Shown: one piece after another, positions 44,747-55,175 of the stretch
Layout: every line of letters begins with the position of its first letter
Position numbering within the stretch: position 1 is the stretch's first letter
The notes under the pieces: model-generated
What the model saw: the letters and a program-made list of their open reading frames with translations, nothing else
The model's database searches: none
Told to the model about the DNA's origin: nothing
Translations under genes and position numbers: made by a program
Source of the DNA: an uncultured Actinomycetota bacterium
GTDB taxonomy: Bacteria; Actinomycetota; Actinomycetes; JAHEKZ01
Assembly: GCA_963718235.1 (NCBI GenBank)
Contig: CAVQYR010000002.1
Location: forward strand, 525,454 to 589,453
Reading direction: 5' to 3'
DNA length: 64,000 bases

Positions 44747-45675
44747 GAAGTGACGGGGTTGATCTCAGACGTGGTGATGGCACCGTCACCGACGCCCCAC
44801 CCGTCGAGGATGGTCTGGTAGGTACCGTCGTCGATCAGGGCCTGGACCGCACCCTGGATCGCCTCGGCGAAGTCCGACGCATCCTTCGGGACGACGATTC
44901 CGTAGGGCGCCGAGTCGTAGATGTCACCTGTCCCTTCGAGCTGGCCGTTCGTCTGCTCGATCGCGTACGCAATGACTGTGGAGTCGGCCAAGACCGCATC
45001 TGCCTTGCCTGACACAACCGCCCCGGTCGCCTCGGACTGCTGGACGTACTGCTGGATGGTGATGGGTTCTTCGCCGGCGTCTGTGCACGTCGTCGATCGG
45101 GCGGTGAGGTCATCGACCTGGACGGTTGCCTTCTGCACGGCCACGATGTGACCGCAGGCCGTGTCCGGCGTGATGTCGGCTGGGTTGCCCGACGCCACTG
45201 CCCACAACGTGCCGGCGGAGTAGTAGCTGATCATCTTCGACTCTTGCTCACGCTCGGCCGTGATCGTGAACGAGGACATTCCGACGTCGTAGCGGCCCTT
45301 GTTCACCCCGACGATGATGGAGTCGAAACTGGCGTTCTGGAACTCCCCGTCGAGACCGAGCTTGGCTGCGATGGCCACGCCCAGGTCGACGTCGAACCCG
45401 ACGATCGTGGTGCCGTCCTCGGCGAAGAACTCACTGGGTGCGTATGACGCGTCGGTGCCGTAGAGGATCTTTCCGTCGCTGCTGATGTCCGAGGGGACCA
45501 TCGCAGCGAGGGCGTCATCGGCAGTGACCGAGGCCGGGTCGAAGCTCTGGGACGCGCCCGCTGCGTCGCTTCCCCCGCCGCCATCGTCACTACCCCCGCA
45601 GGCAGCCAGCACAAGGGTGGTGCTCAGACCCAGGGCGGCGAAGGCAAGAATCTGGCGTCGTGTCGAGAGGGTCAC
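44743..45675 (-). CDS. amino acid ABC transporter substrate-binding lipoprotein
   Basis: The GTG near 45675 has a GGAAGGAAA SD. The signal peptide and lipobox read LAACGG. It has the periplasmic binding fold. Confidence 0.8.
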   Translation of the reverse strand: MTLSTRRQILAFAALGLSTTLVLAACGGSDDGGGGSDAAGASQSFDPASVTADDALAAMVPSDISSDGKILYGTDASYAPSEFFAEDGTTIVGFDVDLGVAIAAKLGLDGEFQNASFDSIIVGVNKGRYDVGMSSFTITAEREQESKMISYYSAGTLWAVASGNPADITPDTACGHIVAVQKATVQVDDLTARSTTCTDAGEEPITIQQYVQQSEATGAVVSGKADAVLADSTVIAYAIEQTNGQLEGTGDIYDSAPYGIVVPKDASDFAEAIQGAVQALIDDGTYQTILDGWGVGDGAITTSEINPVTS

Positions 45676-45854
45676 AGGAGTTTCCTTCCAATGGTGCGGA
45701 ACCGAACAGAATGACTGCCCTCGCAGCTGGTGGCCTGCGGACCAGGACAGTTGCGCCTGGGTCGAAACTTTCACCAAACCCGGCGCTCGGCACCGTCCGG
45801 ATGATCACGATTCCGTCACGGTCCCGCCGGACGTGTCGTACGCAGATGACAGCT

Positions 45855-45880
45855 CAGAACTCAAGGGGCCGAGGTCACAC
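45855..45880 (-). terminator. hairpin overlapping the ltaE stop codon
   Basis: On the minus strand it reads CCGAGGT-ttgtgtg-ACCTCGG followed by ccccttgagttctgag. The stem includes the last codons and the TGA of ltaE. Confidence 0.3.
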
Positions 45881-46912
45881 AAACCTCGGTGCGGTCTCGC
45901 CGACCGCCGCGGCAAACCGGTCGACGTCGTCCTCGGTGGTGTCCCACGAGCACATCCAGCGAACCTCGTGGGTGGCCTCGTCCCACTCGTAGAAGTGGAA
46001 CTGGTCCTGCAGCACCTTGACTGCTTCGCCGGGCAGGGTGGCGAAGACACCGTTCGCCTGGACCTTCTGGGTCAGGACCACACCGTCGACGCCCTCGACC
46101 GCGGTCGCGAGACGTCGGGCCATGGCGTTGGCGTGCGACGCGTTGTGTCGCCACAGGTCGTCACTGAGCAGGGCCAGGAACTGAGCGGAGATGAACCGCA
46201 TCTTGCTGGCCAGCTGCATCTGCTGCTTGCGGATGAACAGCGCGTTGCTGGCGAGGTCAGGGCGGAAGAACACGACGGCCTCGCCCCCGACGAGGCCGTT
46301 CTTCGTGCCGCCGAAGGAGAGCACGTCGACACCGCAGTCACCGGTGGTCTCGCGCAGCTCGACACCCAGCCCCGCGGCCGCATTGCTGATCCGGGCGCCG
46401 TCCATGTGCAGGTACATGTCGAGGGAGTGCGCGGTGTCGGCGAGGTCGCGGATCTCGTCGGGGGAGTAGACGGTGCCGACCTCCGTGGACTGAGTGATCG
46501 ACACCACCCTCGGCTGCGACCGGTGCTCGTCGCCGATCCCGGTGTGGGTGGATCGGACGAGGTCCGGCGTGAGCTTGCCGTCCGGCGTCTCGAGGTCGAT
46601 CAGCTTGCTCCCGAGGTGACGCTCCGGAGCCCCGCACTCGTCGATGTGGATGTGCGCGGTGCGCGCGCAGACCACGCTCTCCCAGGTGCGCAGCAGGGCC
46701 TGCAGCCCCACGACGTTCGCGCCGGTGCCGTTGAAGACGAAGAAGACCTCGACCTGCTCGCCCAGCAGCTCGCGAAACCGGCTCACGGCATCGGCCGTGG
46801 TGGGGTCGGCGCCGTAGGAGGTGACGTGGCCCACGTTGACCTCGGCGAGGGCGGCCAGCACGTCTGGGTGCGCCCCTGCGTAGTTGTCGCTGGCGAATCC
46901 ACGCTGGCTCAT
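45875..46912 (-). CDS. ltaE: low-specificity L-threonine aldolase (beta-eliminating lyase family)
   Basis: The N-terminus GFASDNY, the PLP lysine context SFGGTKNG and the motif NGTGANVV support the call. Confidence 0.8.
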   Translation of the reverse strand: MSQRGFASDNYAGAHPDVLAALAEVNVGHVTSYGADPTTADAVSRFRELLGEQVEVFFVFNGTGANVVGLQALLRTWESVVCARTAHIHIDECGAPERHLGSKLIDLETPDGKLTPDLVRSTHTGIGDEHRSQPRVVSITQSTEVGTVYSPDEIRDLADTAHSLDMYLHMDGARISNAAAGLGVELRETTGDCGVDVLSFGGTKNGLVGGEAVVFFRPDLASNALFIRKQQMQLASKMRFISAQFLALLSDDLWRHNASHANAMARRLATAVEGVDGVVLTQKVQANGVFATLPGEAVKVLQDQFHFYEWDEATHEVRWMCSWDTTEDDVDRFAAAVGETAPRFV

Positions 46913-47616
46913 GCAGGGCTCCCGGAGTACAGGCGAAGACGTTGACCGTTCATCGTGGCGGCGGCGTCGGAGGACAGGTAGACGAGAGCGTCGGCGATCA
47001 CCTCGGCGGACACGAAGGAGGGGCCGCCCTTGGCCGGGTCGGCGGCCCGCATCTGCGGGGTGAGGATGGCCGGCACCACGACGATGTTCGCCGTGGCGGA
47101 ACACCCGGCGAGCTCGTCAGCCAGGGCCAGGGTGACAGCCTCGGCAGCGGCCTTGCCCGCTGCGTAGGCGGCGTTGGTCGACGTCGGTGCCAGCGCCTGC
47201 GGCGACGACACGATCGCGAACCGACCTGCCGGTGACGCCTTGAGCGCAGGGGTGAACGCCCGGATGACGTTGACCGTCGTGCGGACGAGCCCGTCGTACA
47301 GCTGCGCCCAGTCGTCGAGGCTCTGCTCGTGCACCGGGCGGCCCCCGCGCCACCCACCGACCAGGTGCCACACGAGGTCGACGTCGTCGACGAGGGACGC
47401 CGCCAGCTCAGTGACCGCGGTGGGGTCGATCAGGTCGACGGGGTGGGACCCGGCCACCGCGGGGCCCAGCTCGGCCGCGAGCCCGGCGAGTGCGGTCGGG
47501 TCGCGGCCGACGAGGTGGACCGAGGCGCCAGCAGCAGCAGCTGCCGCGCAGGCCACCGGCCCGAGCCCGCCCGTCGCACCCGTGACCAGCAGCCGACGCC
47601 CGGCCAGCGGACTCAT
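46909..47616 (-). CDS. SDR family oxidoreductase
   Basis: It has the TGATGGLG Rossmann motif and YxxxK (YAAGKAA). It is 4-nt coupled to its neighbours. Confidence 0.75.
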   Translation of the reverse strand: MSPLAGRRLLVTGATGGLGPVACAAAAAAGASVHLVGRDPTALAGLAAELGPAVAGSHPVDLIDPTAVTELAASLVDDVDLVWHLVGGWRGGRPVHEQSLDDWAQLYDGLVRTTVNVIRAFTPALKASPAGRFAIVSSPQALAPTSTNAAYAAGKAAAEAVTLALADELAGCSATANIVVVPAILTPQMRAADPAKGGPSFVSAEVIADALVYLSSDAAATMNGQRLRLYSGSPA

Positions 47617-47798
47617 GACGGGTCGTCCGGGTCGTCGTCGAGGCGGGCGAGCCAGGTGGCGAGCCGCTCGACCGGCGTCTCGAAGTCCGGGTTCAGGTCG
47701 ACGAACTCGCGCAACCGCTCGGCCAGCCAGTCCAGGCTCACCTGCTCGTCGCCCCGTCGCTGCTGCAGCTCCTCGATGCCGCGGTCGGTGAAGTACAT
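47613..47798 (-). CDS. 61-aa conserved hypothetical small acidic protein
   Basis: It encodes MYFTDRGIEELQQRRGDEQVSLDWLAERLREF.... It lies 1 nt after the kgd stop and is 4-nt coupled to the SDR gene. Confidence 0.5.
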   Translation of the reverse strand: MYFTDRGIEELQQRRGDEQVSLDWLAERLREFVDLNPDFETPVERLATWLARLDDDPDDPS

Positions 47799-47799
47799 G

Positions 47800-50700
47800 T
47801 CAGGCGAAGGCCGCTTCGACGATCTCCCGCTGCTCGCGCTCGTGCGACTGGTGCGAACCGCCGGCCGGGGCGGAGCTCGCGGGTCGGGAGACTCGGGTCA
47901 GGGAGTGACCCAGCGCCTCGGCGAGGTTCAGCGCCACGAAGGGCCAGGCTCCCTGGTTCGCCGGTTCCTCCTGGACCCAGCGTAGCTCGGCGTCCCCGTA
48001 CTTGGCGATGGCGTGGAAGACCGGCTGGGCGGGCAGGGGGTACAGCCGCTCGACGCGCACCAGCGCGGTGTCGGTGATGCCGTGCTTGTCGCGGTAGGCG
48101 GCCAGGTCGTAGTAGACCTTGCCGGTCGACAGCACCACCTTGCGCACCTCGGACTGGTCGACGCTCTCGTCGTCGATGACGGGACGGAAGTGACCGCTGG
48201 TGAAGTCGGCCGTCGCGCTGACCGCCGCCTTGTTGCGCAGCATCGACTTCGGCGTGAACAGCACGAGAGGACGTCGAACCGGCGACAGCGCCTGCCACCG
48301 GAGCAGGTGGAAGAGGTTGGCTGGCGTCGTGAGGTTGGCGATGGTCATGTTGTCCTGCGCCCCCATCTGCAGGAACCGCTCGATGCGCGCGGACGAGTGG
48401 TCGGGACCTTGCCCCTCGTAGCCGTGCGGAAGCAGGAGGACGACGCTGGACCGTTGGCCCCACTTCTGCTCTCCGGAGGAGATGAACTCGTCGATGATCG
48501 TCTGGGCGCCGTTGACGAAGTCGCCGAACTGCGCCTCCCACATGACCAGGGCGTCGGGTCGCGCCACCGAGTAGCCGTACTCGAATCCGACGGCGGCGAA
48601 CTCACTGAGCGGGCTGTCGTACACGTACAGCCGAGAGCCCTTCTCGTACATGCGCTTCAACGGCTTGTAGGCCCACCCGCTGTTGCGGTCGATGATGACC
48701 ATGTGCCGCTGCCCGAAGGTGCCGCGGCGGGAGTCCTGTCCGGCGAGGCGCACGGACACTCCGTCGGCGAGCAGCGACCCGATGGCGAGCGTCTCGCCCA
48801 TGGCCCAGTCGATCGTGTCGTCGGTGACCATCTGCGCACGTCGCTGCAGCTGCGGGGCCAGCCGGTGGTGCACGGAGAATCCCTCGGGCAGGTTCAGCTG
48901 CGTGTCGACCACGCCGTCGATCACCGAACGCTCCACAGCCGTCGGAACGTCGCGCTCGGGGGTCTGGGGGGCCAGGGTGACCTCACCGCGCTGCTCGACC
49001 TCGGTGACGGGCTCGATGTCGGGTGAGTCCTCGCCGGAGCCACGGGTCTCGGTGAAGACCTTCTCCAGCTGCTGCTGGTAGTCACGCAGCGCCTGCTCGG
49101 CCTCCTCGACGGAGATGTCCCCGCGCCCGACCAGGGCCTCGGTGTACAGCTTGCGCACCGATCGCTTGGCGTCGATGACGTTGTACATCAGAGGCTGGGT
49201 CAGCGACGGGTCGTCGGCCTCGTTGTGCCCGCGGCGCCGGTAGGACATCAGGTCGATGACGACGTCCTTCTTGAACGCCTGACGGAACTGGAAGGCGAGC
49301 TGGGCCACGCGCACGACCGCCTCAGGGTCGTCACCGTTGACGTGGAAGATGGGGGACTGCACGGTGCGGGCGACGTCGGTCGCGTACACGCTGGAGCGCG
49401 CGGCGGCCGGAGCGGTGGTGAACCCGACCTGGTTGTTCACGACGACGTGGATGGAGCCGCCCGTGCGGTACCCCCGCAGCTGGGACAGCTCCAGGGTCTC
49501 GGCCACCACTCCCTGCCCGGCGAAGGCCGCGTCGCCGTGCAGCAGCAGGGGGAGGACGGTGAAGCCGTGCTCGCCCAGTCCGAGGATGTCCTGCTTGGCC
49601 CGGGCGAAGCCCTCCAGGACCGGGTCGACCGCCTCGAGGTGGCTGGGGTTGGAGACGAGCGAGACGGCGACCGTCGAGCCGTCGGCCGCCTTGAACGTGC
49701 CCGCGGCGCCGAGGTGGTACTTGACGTCCCCGGACCCCTGCACCGCGTGGACGTCGAGGTTACCCTCGAACTCCCGGAAGATCTGGCCGTAGCTCTTGCC
49801 GACGATGTTGGCCAGCACGTTCAGCCGGCCACGGTGGGGCATGCCGACGGTGACCTCGTGCAGGCCGGCCTGCGCCGCCTCGGTCAGGATCTCGTCGAGC
49901 AGGGGGATGACCGACTCGCTGCCCTCGAGGGAGAAGCGCTTCTGGCCCACGTACTTGGTCTGCAGGAAGGTCTCGAACGCCTCGGCACCGTTGAGCCGGC
50001 GCAGGATGCGCAGCTGCTCGTCCTGGCTGGGGCGCTCGTGGGGGCGCTCGACCCGCTCCTGGATCCACCGGCGCTGGTCGGGGTCCTGGATGTGCATGTA
50101 CTCGATCCCGACCGTGCGGGCGTAGGAGTCACGCAGGACGCCGAGGATGTCGCGCAGCTGCATGAGCGGCTGGCCGCCGAAACCCCCGGTGGCGAACTCG
50201 CGGTCGAGGTCCCACAGGGTCAGCCCGTGGTTGACCAGGTCGAGGTCGGGGTGCCGCCTCTGCTCGTACTCCAGAGGGTCGGTGTCGGCCATCAGGTGGC
50301 CACGCACGCGGTAGGCGTGGATGAGCTCTTGCACCCGCGCCGTCTTGTTGATGTCGTCCTCGTGCGAGGCCGTGATGTCGGACACCCAGCGGATCGGCTC
50401 GTAGGGGATCCGCAAGGCGCCGAAGATGGTGTCGTAGAAGTCGTCGTCACCGAGCAGCAGGGCATGTACCCGGCGCAGGAAGTCCCCGGACTGAGCGCCC
50501 TGGATGATCCGGTGGTCGTAGGTCGAGGTGAGCGTGACCACCTTGCTGACCGCCAGCCTGGCGAGGGTCTCCGAGGATGCCCCCTGGTACTCGGCCGGGT
50601 ACTCCAGTGCGCCGATCCCGATGATGGCGCCCTGGCCCTGCATCAGCCTTGGCACCGAGTGGACCGTGCCGATCGTCCCGGGGTTGGTGATGCTCATGGT

Positions 50701-51507
50701 CGTTCCGGCGAAGTCGTCGGCGGTGAGCTTGGCGCTGCGGGCCCGGCGCACGATGTCCTCGTAGGCGGCCCAGAACTGGGTGAAGTCCATCAGGTCGGCG
50801 GCCTTGATGCTCGGGACGACCAGCTGACGGCTCCCGTCGTCCTTGGCCAGGTCGATGGCCAGGCCGAGGTTCAGGTGCTCAGGGCGGATCACGACCGGCT
50901 TGCCCTCGACCTCGCCGTAGGAGGCGTTCATCTCCGGCATGGTGTCGAGCGCCTGCACCAGCGCCCACCCGATCAGGTGGGTGAACGAGATCTTGCCGCC
51001 GCGGCTGCGGCGCAGGTGGTTGTTGATCACGGTGCGGTTGTCGATCAGGAGCTTCGCGGGGACCGAGCGAACGCTCGTCGCGGTCGGAACCGCGAGCGAG
51101 GCCTCCATGTTGGTGACGACCCGCGCCGCCGGCCCGCGCAGGACGGTGGTGTCGGACCCGGCGGGAGGTGGCGGGACCGGGGCGATGGGGCCGGCAGCGG
51201 TCGGCGTCGGAGCAGGCTGGGCGGGAGCCGGGTGGGCCGGAGCGGGCGCAGGCACGGGAGTGACCGGAGCGGGGGCCACGGGGGTGATGGTCACTGCGGT
51301 GGCGTCCGGTGGCGGGGTCGGCACCCGGGAGGCCGCTGCGCTCGCCTCGGAAGGCCGGTAGTCGTCGAAGAACCCGTGCCACGCCGGGTCGACCGACGAG
51401 GGGTCCGCGAGGTACTGCTGGTACAGCTCGTCGACCAGCCACTGGTTGGGCCCGAACTCCGCGGATCGACTGGTCTGCTGCGGTTGAGTGGTCACAGGTC
51501 CTCGCAT
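47800..51507 (-). CDS. kgd: multifunctional 2-oxoglutarate dehydrogenase E1 / 2-oxoglutarate decarboxylase (Kgd/SucA) with an N-terminal acyltransferase-like domain
   Basis: 1235 aa. The N-terminus [30 protein letters not shown] resembles mycobacterial Kgd. It has a Pro/Ala-rich linker, a succinyltransferase-like region ([10 protein letters not shown]) and the ThDP-dependent E1 core. Confidence 0.9.
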   Translation of the reverse strand: MRGPVTTQPQQTSRSAEFGPNQWLVDELYQQYLADPSSVDPAWHGFFDDYRPSEASAAASRVPTPPPDATAVTITPVAPAPVTPVPAPAPAHPAPAQPAPTPTAAGPIAPVPPPPAGSDTTVLRGPAARVVTNMEASLAVPTATSVRSVPAKLLIDNRTVINNHLRRSRGGKISFTHLIGWALVQALDTMPEMNASYGEVEGKPVVIRPEHLNLGLAIDLAKDDGSRQLVVPSIKAADLMDFTQFWAAYEDIVRRARSAKLTADDFAGTTMSITNPGTIGTVHSVPRLMQGQGAIIGIGALEYPAEYQGASSETLARLAVSKVVTLTSTYDHRIIQGAQSGDFLRRVHALLLGDDDFYDTIFGALRIPYEPIRWVSDITASHEDDINKTARVQELIHAYRVRGHLMADTDPLEYEQRRHPDLDLVNHGLTLWDLDREFATGGFGGQPLMQLRDILGVLRDSYARTVGIEYMHIQDPDQRRWIQERVERPHERPSQDEQLRILRRLNGAEAFETFLQTKYVGQKRFSLEGSESVIPLLDEILTEAAQAGLHEVTVGMPHRGRLNVLANIVGKSYGQIFREFEGNLDVHAVQGSGDVKYHLGAAGTFKAADGSTVAVSLVSNPSHLEAVDPVLEGFARAKQDILGLGEHGFTVLPLLLHGDAAFAGQGVVAETLELSQLRGYRTGGSIHVVVNNQVGFTTAPAAARSSVYATDVARTVQSPIFHVNGDDPEAVVRVAQLAFQFRQAFKKDVVIDLMSYRRRGHNEADDPSLTQPLMYNVIDAKRSVRKLYTEALVGRGDISVEEAEQALRDYQQQLEKVFTETRGSGEDSPDIEPVTEVEQRGEVTLAPQTPERDVPTAVERSVIDGVVDTQLNLPEGFSVHHRLAPQLQRRAQMVTDDTIDWAMGETLAIGSLLADGVSVRLAGQDSRRGTFGQRHMVIIDRNSGWAYKPLKRMYEKGSRLYVYDSPLSEFAAVGFEYGYSVARPDALVMWEAQFGDFVNGAQTIIDEFISSGEQKWGQRSSVVLLLPHGYEGQGPDHSSARIERFLQMGAQDNMTIANLTTPANLFHLLRWQALSPVRRPLVLFTPKSMLRNKAAVSATADFTSGHFRPVIDDESVDQSEVRKVVLSTGKVYYDLAAYRDKHGITDTALVRVERLYPLPAQPVFHAIAKYGDAELRWVQEEPANQGAWPFVALNLAEALGHSLTRVSRPASSAPAGGSHQSHEREQREIVEAAFA

Positions 51508-51599
51508 CGACGGTCGGTGCCCTCAGCCTAGACCGGTTGACGGCGTCGGGCCGCGCACCGCCGAGTTGCGGATCGGTCCGGACCCGGCACGGTGGAGCC

Positions 51600-52325
51600 A
51601 TGCCATCGTCCCGTCAGGTCGCGCTGGTCACCGGAGGTTCCCGGGGGATCGGGCGCGCGGTGGCAACCGGGCTGGCTGAGGCGGGGGCGACCGTCGTCAT
51701 CGTGGCGCGCGACGAAGAGCGAGTCTCGGTGACTGCCCGTGAGCTGGTGGACGACGGGCTCGACGTCGTCGGGTTCGCCTGCGACGTGTCCGACGACCAG
51801 GCCGTGCGAGAGCTGCCCCAGCGTCTCGGCCCCCTCGCGGAGGTCGACGTGCTCGTCAACGCAGCTGGGGTGATGAGTGAGCGGATGGCCAAGTCGTTGC
51901 GCGCAGACGACGCCGAGTGGCGACGGGTCCTCGGGACCAACCTCGAGGGTCCGGTCCGGATGGTGCGCACCTTCGCGCCGGGCATGGTCGAGCGACGCGA
52001 CGGGCGGATCATCAACGTGTCCGCCTGCCTGGGTCGGTTCACCGGACCGGGACTCGCCGGTGGCCTGGCTCCCTACCGGGTCAGCAAGAGTGCGCTGAAC
52101 GCCTACACCCGCAACCTGGCCGCCGAGCTCGGCTTCGGCCGGCGTGGTGTCTTCGCCGACGTGGTCTGCCCCGGCCACTGCCGGACCGACCTGGGGGGAG
52201 CGAGCGCCCCGAGGTCACCGGAGCAGGGCGCTGACACGGTCCTCTGGCTCGCCGGTCGTACGGTGGACCCCGGTCCCGACTCGACCGGGCTGCTCTGGGA
52301 GGACCGCGCGGTGGTCCCGTGGTGA
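51600..52325 (+). CDS. SDR family oxidoreductase
   Basis: I take the internal ATG at 51600. The motifs are VALVTGGSRGIGRAV, NAAG and YRVSK. Confidence 0.8.
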   Translation: MPSSRQVALVTGGSRGIGRAVATGLAEAGATVVIVARDEERVSVTARELVDDGLDVVGFACDVSDDQAVRELPQRLGPLAEVDVLVNAAGVMSERMAKSLRADDAEWRRVLGTNLEGPVRMVRTFAPGMVERRDGRIINVSACLGRFTGPGLAGGLAPYRVSKSALNAYTRNLAAELGFGRRGVFADVVCPGHCRTDLGGASAPRSPEQGADTVLWLAGRTVDPGPDSTGLLWEDRAVVPW

Positions 52326-52329
52326 GGGC

Positions 52330-53100
52330 TCAGGTGACGTCGCGGCGCACCGTCGTCCGGGCGCCGACGAGGGCCAGCACGATCCCGTAGGCGGCGAACA
52401 GTGCCGCGCCGGCTCCTTGGCCGAGCAGCTCGCCCCCGCGCATAGGCTGCCCGAGTGTCATCGCCGAGGCCGCCCCACCGGGCAGCCACCGACCGACCTC
52501 TGGCACGAAGGTGACGAGCAGGGACTCCACGAGCAGCATCCAGACCAGCGCCACCGCGAGGGCGGCGACCTGGTTGCGCACGAGCGCGCCGAACCCCACG
52601 CCGAGCACGGCGTACAAGGTCACCGCCACCAGGCACCCGAGCAGGATCTGCGGGACCTGGTCGTCGGCCGACACGGTGACGCCCTTCCAGTCCAGCATCG
52701 GCCAGGCGATGGCCACGGTGAGCGCGATCCCAGCCGCGGCGTACCCGACGGCGACGATCGGCAGGGCGAGCGCCTTGGCCGCGATGACCCGACCGCGTCG
52801 GGGCACCGCCATGAAGGTGCTGACCGCGGTGCCGTGGCGGAACTCCGAGGTGACCGACAAGACCCCCAGGAGCAGCGTGAAGACCGCCGCCTGCAACGTG
52901 GCGGCGAACACGTTGCGAATCCCCTCGGGGGAGTCCAGCGCTGGGATGCCCTGCTGGGCCGGGGCCTGGTCGCTCGCCAGGACCTGGGCCACCACGTTGA
53001 CCGTGGTGAGGACGAGGAAGCCCAGCAGCAGCCCCCAGACGGCCCGGGTGGTCGCGGTCTTGCGGAGCTCGACCCGCACCTGGCGCAGCAGGCCCCTCAT
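52330..53100 (-). CDS. ABC-2 type exporter permease
   Basis: 6 TM helices. It is 4-nt coupled to the upstream ATPase gene. Confidence 0.75.
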   Translation of the reverse strand: MRGLLRQVRVELRKTATTRAVWGLLLGFLVLTTVNVVAQVLASDQAPAQQGIPALDSPEGIRNVFAATLQAAVFTLLLGVLSVTSEFRHGTAVSTFMAVPRRGRVIAAKALALPIVAVGYAAAGIALTVAIAWPMLDWKGVTVSADDQVPQILLGCLVAVTLYAVLGVGFGALVRNQVAALAVALVWMLLVESLLVTFVPEVGRWLPGGAASAMTLGQPMRGGELLGQGAGAALFAAYGIVLALVGARTTVRRDVT

Positions 53101-54077
53101 CTGCGGCTCCCGTCGCGTGACTCCTCGACGAGGCGCAGGAACACCGACTCGAGGTCGGGCTGCTCGTCGACGAGCCAGTGGACGGCGATGCCGGCGCGGG
53201 CGGCGATGTCACCGACCTCGGCGGCCGAGGCACCGTGCACCGCGAGCGTGTCGCCCGGCCCGGCGTCTGCTGGGGGCTCGGCGCGGTGCCCGAGGGCGGC
53301 GAGTGCGACCGCAAGATCGTCGGCCTGGGGTGAACGGACGAGCACGGTCGTCGCCTGGTCGGCGAGCAGCTCGTGGAGCGGCGCGGCACGGACCAGCCGG
53401 CCGCGGTCGATGATCACGACGTCGTCGGCGATCTGGGCCACCTCGGCAAGCGCGTGGCTGGAGACCAGCACCGTGCGACCGTCGTCGGCGAGGAACCTCA
53501 GGAACCCGCGCAGCCAGGCCACGCCCTCCGGGTCGAGCCCGTTCGCCGGCTCGTCGAGCAGCAGCACCTGTGGGTCGGCGACGAGTGCGGTGGCCAGCCC
53601 GAGCCGTTGCCGCATGCCCAGGGAGAAGCCGGCGACCCTACGGTCGGCCACGTCGGCCAGGCCCACCTGCACGAGCAGGTCCTCGACCCGCTTCGCACCC
53701 GCACGACCCCCGCGACCGGCCTGCAGGGTGACGACGCGCAGGTGGTTGCGGGCCGTCCGCCCGGGGTGGAAGCCCCCGCTGTCCAGCGCGGCCCCGACCA
53801 TCCCGCACGGGTCGGGCAGGTCGGCGAACCGACGTCCGGCGACCAGGGCCACACCGGCGCTCGGGCGCACGAGACCGACCAGGGTGCGCAAGGTGGTCGT
53901 CTTTCCCGCGCCGTTGGGGCCGAGGAAGCCGGTGACGGAGCCGGGCTCGGCCCGGAAGGACAGTCCGTCGAGCGCGACGACGTTTCCGAACGACTTGGTG
54001 AGCGCATCGACCTGCACCGCAGCGCCGGCTTCGGGGCCGGTGGCGGTGGCGGGGAGGTCGCCGTCGACGCCCGGCAC
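53097..54077 (-). CDS. ABC transporter ATP-binding protein (ABC-2 exporter partner)
   Basis: Walker A is GPNGAGKTT, the signature is FSLGMRQRLGLATAL, and Walker B is LLLDEPANGLD. I assign the GTG start near 54077, directly after the upstream stop. An alternative GTG lies near 54017. Confidence 0.75.
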   Translation of the reverse strand: MPGVDGDLPATATGPEAGAAVQVDALTKSFGNVVALDGLSFRAEPGSVTGFLGPNGAGKTTTLRTLVGLVRPSAGVALVAGRRFADLPDPCGMVGAALDSGGFHPGRTARNHLRVVTLQAGRGGRAGAKRVEDLLVQVGLADVADRRVAGFSLGMRQRLGLATALVADPQVLLLDEPANGLDPEGVAWLRGFLRFLADDGRTVLVSSHALAEVAQIADDVVIIDRGRLVRAAPLHELLADQATTVLVRSPQADDLAVALAALGHRAEPPADAGPGDTLAVHGASAAEVGDIAARAGIAVHWLVDEQPDLESVFLRLVEESRDGSRR

Positions 54078-54079
54078 GG

Positions 54080-55132
54080 TCAGCCCCGAAGCCCGTGCAA
54101 CGTTGCGAGCACCAGCGAACCGAGCGTCGGAAGGTGGTACCCACCCTCCTGGACCGCCACCACAGGGACACCGAGCTGCCGGATCAGCGAACCCGCGGCC
54201 CGGTAGCCGTCGTGGGTGATCCGAAGGGGGCTCTCCGGGTCGGCCGCAGCCGCGTCGACGCCGAGCGAGACGACGACCGCGGAGGCGCCGAAGCCGGCGA
54301 CGTCGGCGACGATCGACTCGAGACCGGTGAGCCACGGGTCATCCGGTGTCTCCGGCGCCAGGGGGAGGTTGCGGTTCGTTCCGAGGCCGGCGCCACGTCC
54401 GCGCTCGTCGGCGAAGCCCATGTAGTGCGGGAACCAGCCGCACCCCGGGTCGATGTGCAGGGAACCGTAGAAGACGTCGGCGCGGTCGTAGAAGAGCATC
54501 TGCGTGCCGTTGCCGTGGTGGGCGTCGATGTCGATGACCGCGACCCGCTCATGGCCGCCGTTGCGCAGCGCCTGCGCGGCAACTCCCGCGTTGTTCAGGT
54601 AGCACGAGCCGCCGTAGGAGTCACGCGTCACGTGGTGCCCGGGAGGACGGCAGATCCCGTACACCACCGGCTCGCCGGCCAGGCTGCGGTCGACGGCGGT
54701 CAGGGCGACGTCGACGGCTCCACGGGCCGCCTCCCAGGTGCCGGGCCCGATGAGGGTCATGGTGTCGTACCCGTAGCGACCGGCCCGACCGTGCACCCCG
54801 GCCGGGCGGCGCAGCGGGAGTCCCGACAGCATCCCCGGCGTGGGGAACACGTAGGGGACGATCCGGTCCTGGCCGGGGTCGTCGAGGAAGCCGTCGGCCA
54901 CCCACTCGTCGTACCCGTCCCGCAGGAAGCCGAGCAGGCCGTCGTCGTGGACCTGTCGCAGCACGGTGTCGTCGTGGGGTGCTGCGTCCAAGATCCGTGC
55001 ACCGGCCTCCTCGGCTGCGAGCCGGATCACCTGCGGGCGTTCCTTCAGCTCGGTGCCGGCGATGGCGACCCCGAGCCAGACCTCGGCCTTCGGGTCGTGG
55101 AGCAGGCTCGACTCCGACCACACCACGGTCAT
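54080..55132 (-). CDS. histone deacetylase-family amidohydrolase (AcuC / acetylpolyamine amidohydrolase-like)
   Basis: The Zn-binding and catalytic motifs are RPPGHH, DIDAHHGNGTQ and a C-terminal GGY segment. The start could be the ATG at 55132 (MTVVWSESSLLHDP) or one of the upstream ATGs at 55156 and 55165. Confidence 0.8.
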   Translation of the reverse strand: MTVVWSESSLLHDPKAEVWLGVAIAGTELKERPQVIRLAAEEAGARILDAAPHDDTVLRQVHDDGLLGFLRDGYDEWVADGFLDDPGQDRIVPYVFPTPGMLSGLPLRRPAGVHGRAGRYGYDTMTLIGPGTWEAARGAVDVALTAVDRSLAGEPVVYGICRPPGHHVTRDSYGGSCYLNNAGVAAQALRNGGHERVAVIDIDAHHGNGTQMLFYDRADVFYGSLHIDPGCGWFPHYMGFADERGRGAGLGTNRNLPLAPETPDDPWLTGLESIVADVAGFGASAVVVSLGVDAAAADPESPLRITHDGYRAAGSLIRQLGVPVVAVQEGGYHLPTLGSLVLATLHGLRG

Positions 55133-55175
55133 GTCCAGGGGCTCGTTCACGCTCATGTGCGGCATGCTGGCACGC

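Noticed and set aside
49225-51531. 768-aa plus-strand ORF antisense to kgd, and the 976-aa ORF 59139..62069 antisense to the opp genes
   Set aside because: These are classic long stop-free antisense frames in a 70% GC genome. They have no domain signatures.
55133-55175. Overlapping divergent starts for the HDAC-like and DmpA-like genes (55165 versus 55155)
   Set aside because: Head-to-head overlap of 5' ends is implausible. I chose the inner ATGs (55132 minus, 55176 plus), leaving a 43-bp divergent spacer. Neither has a clear SD, so the starts remain uncertain and may be leaderless.
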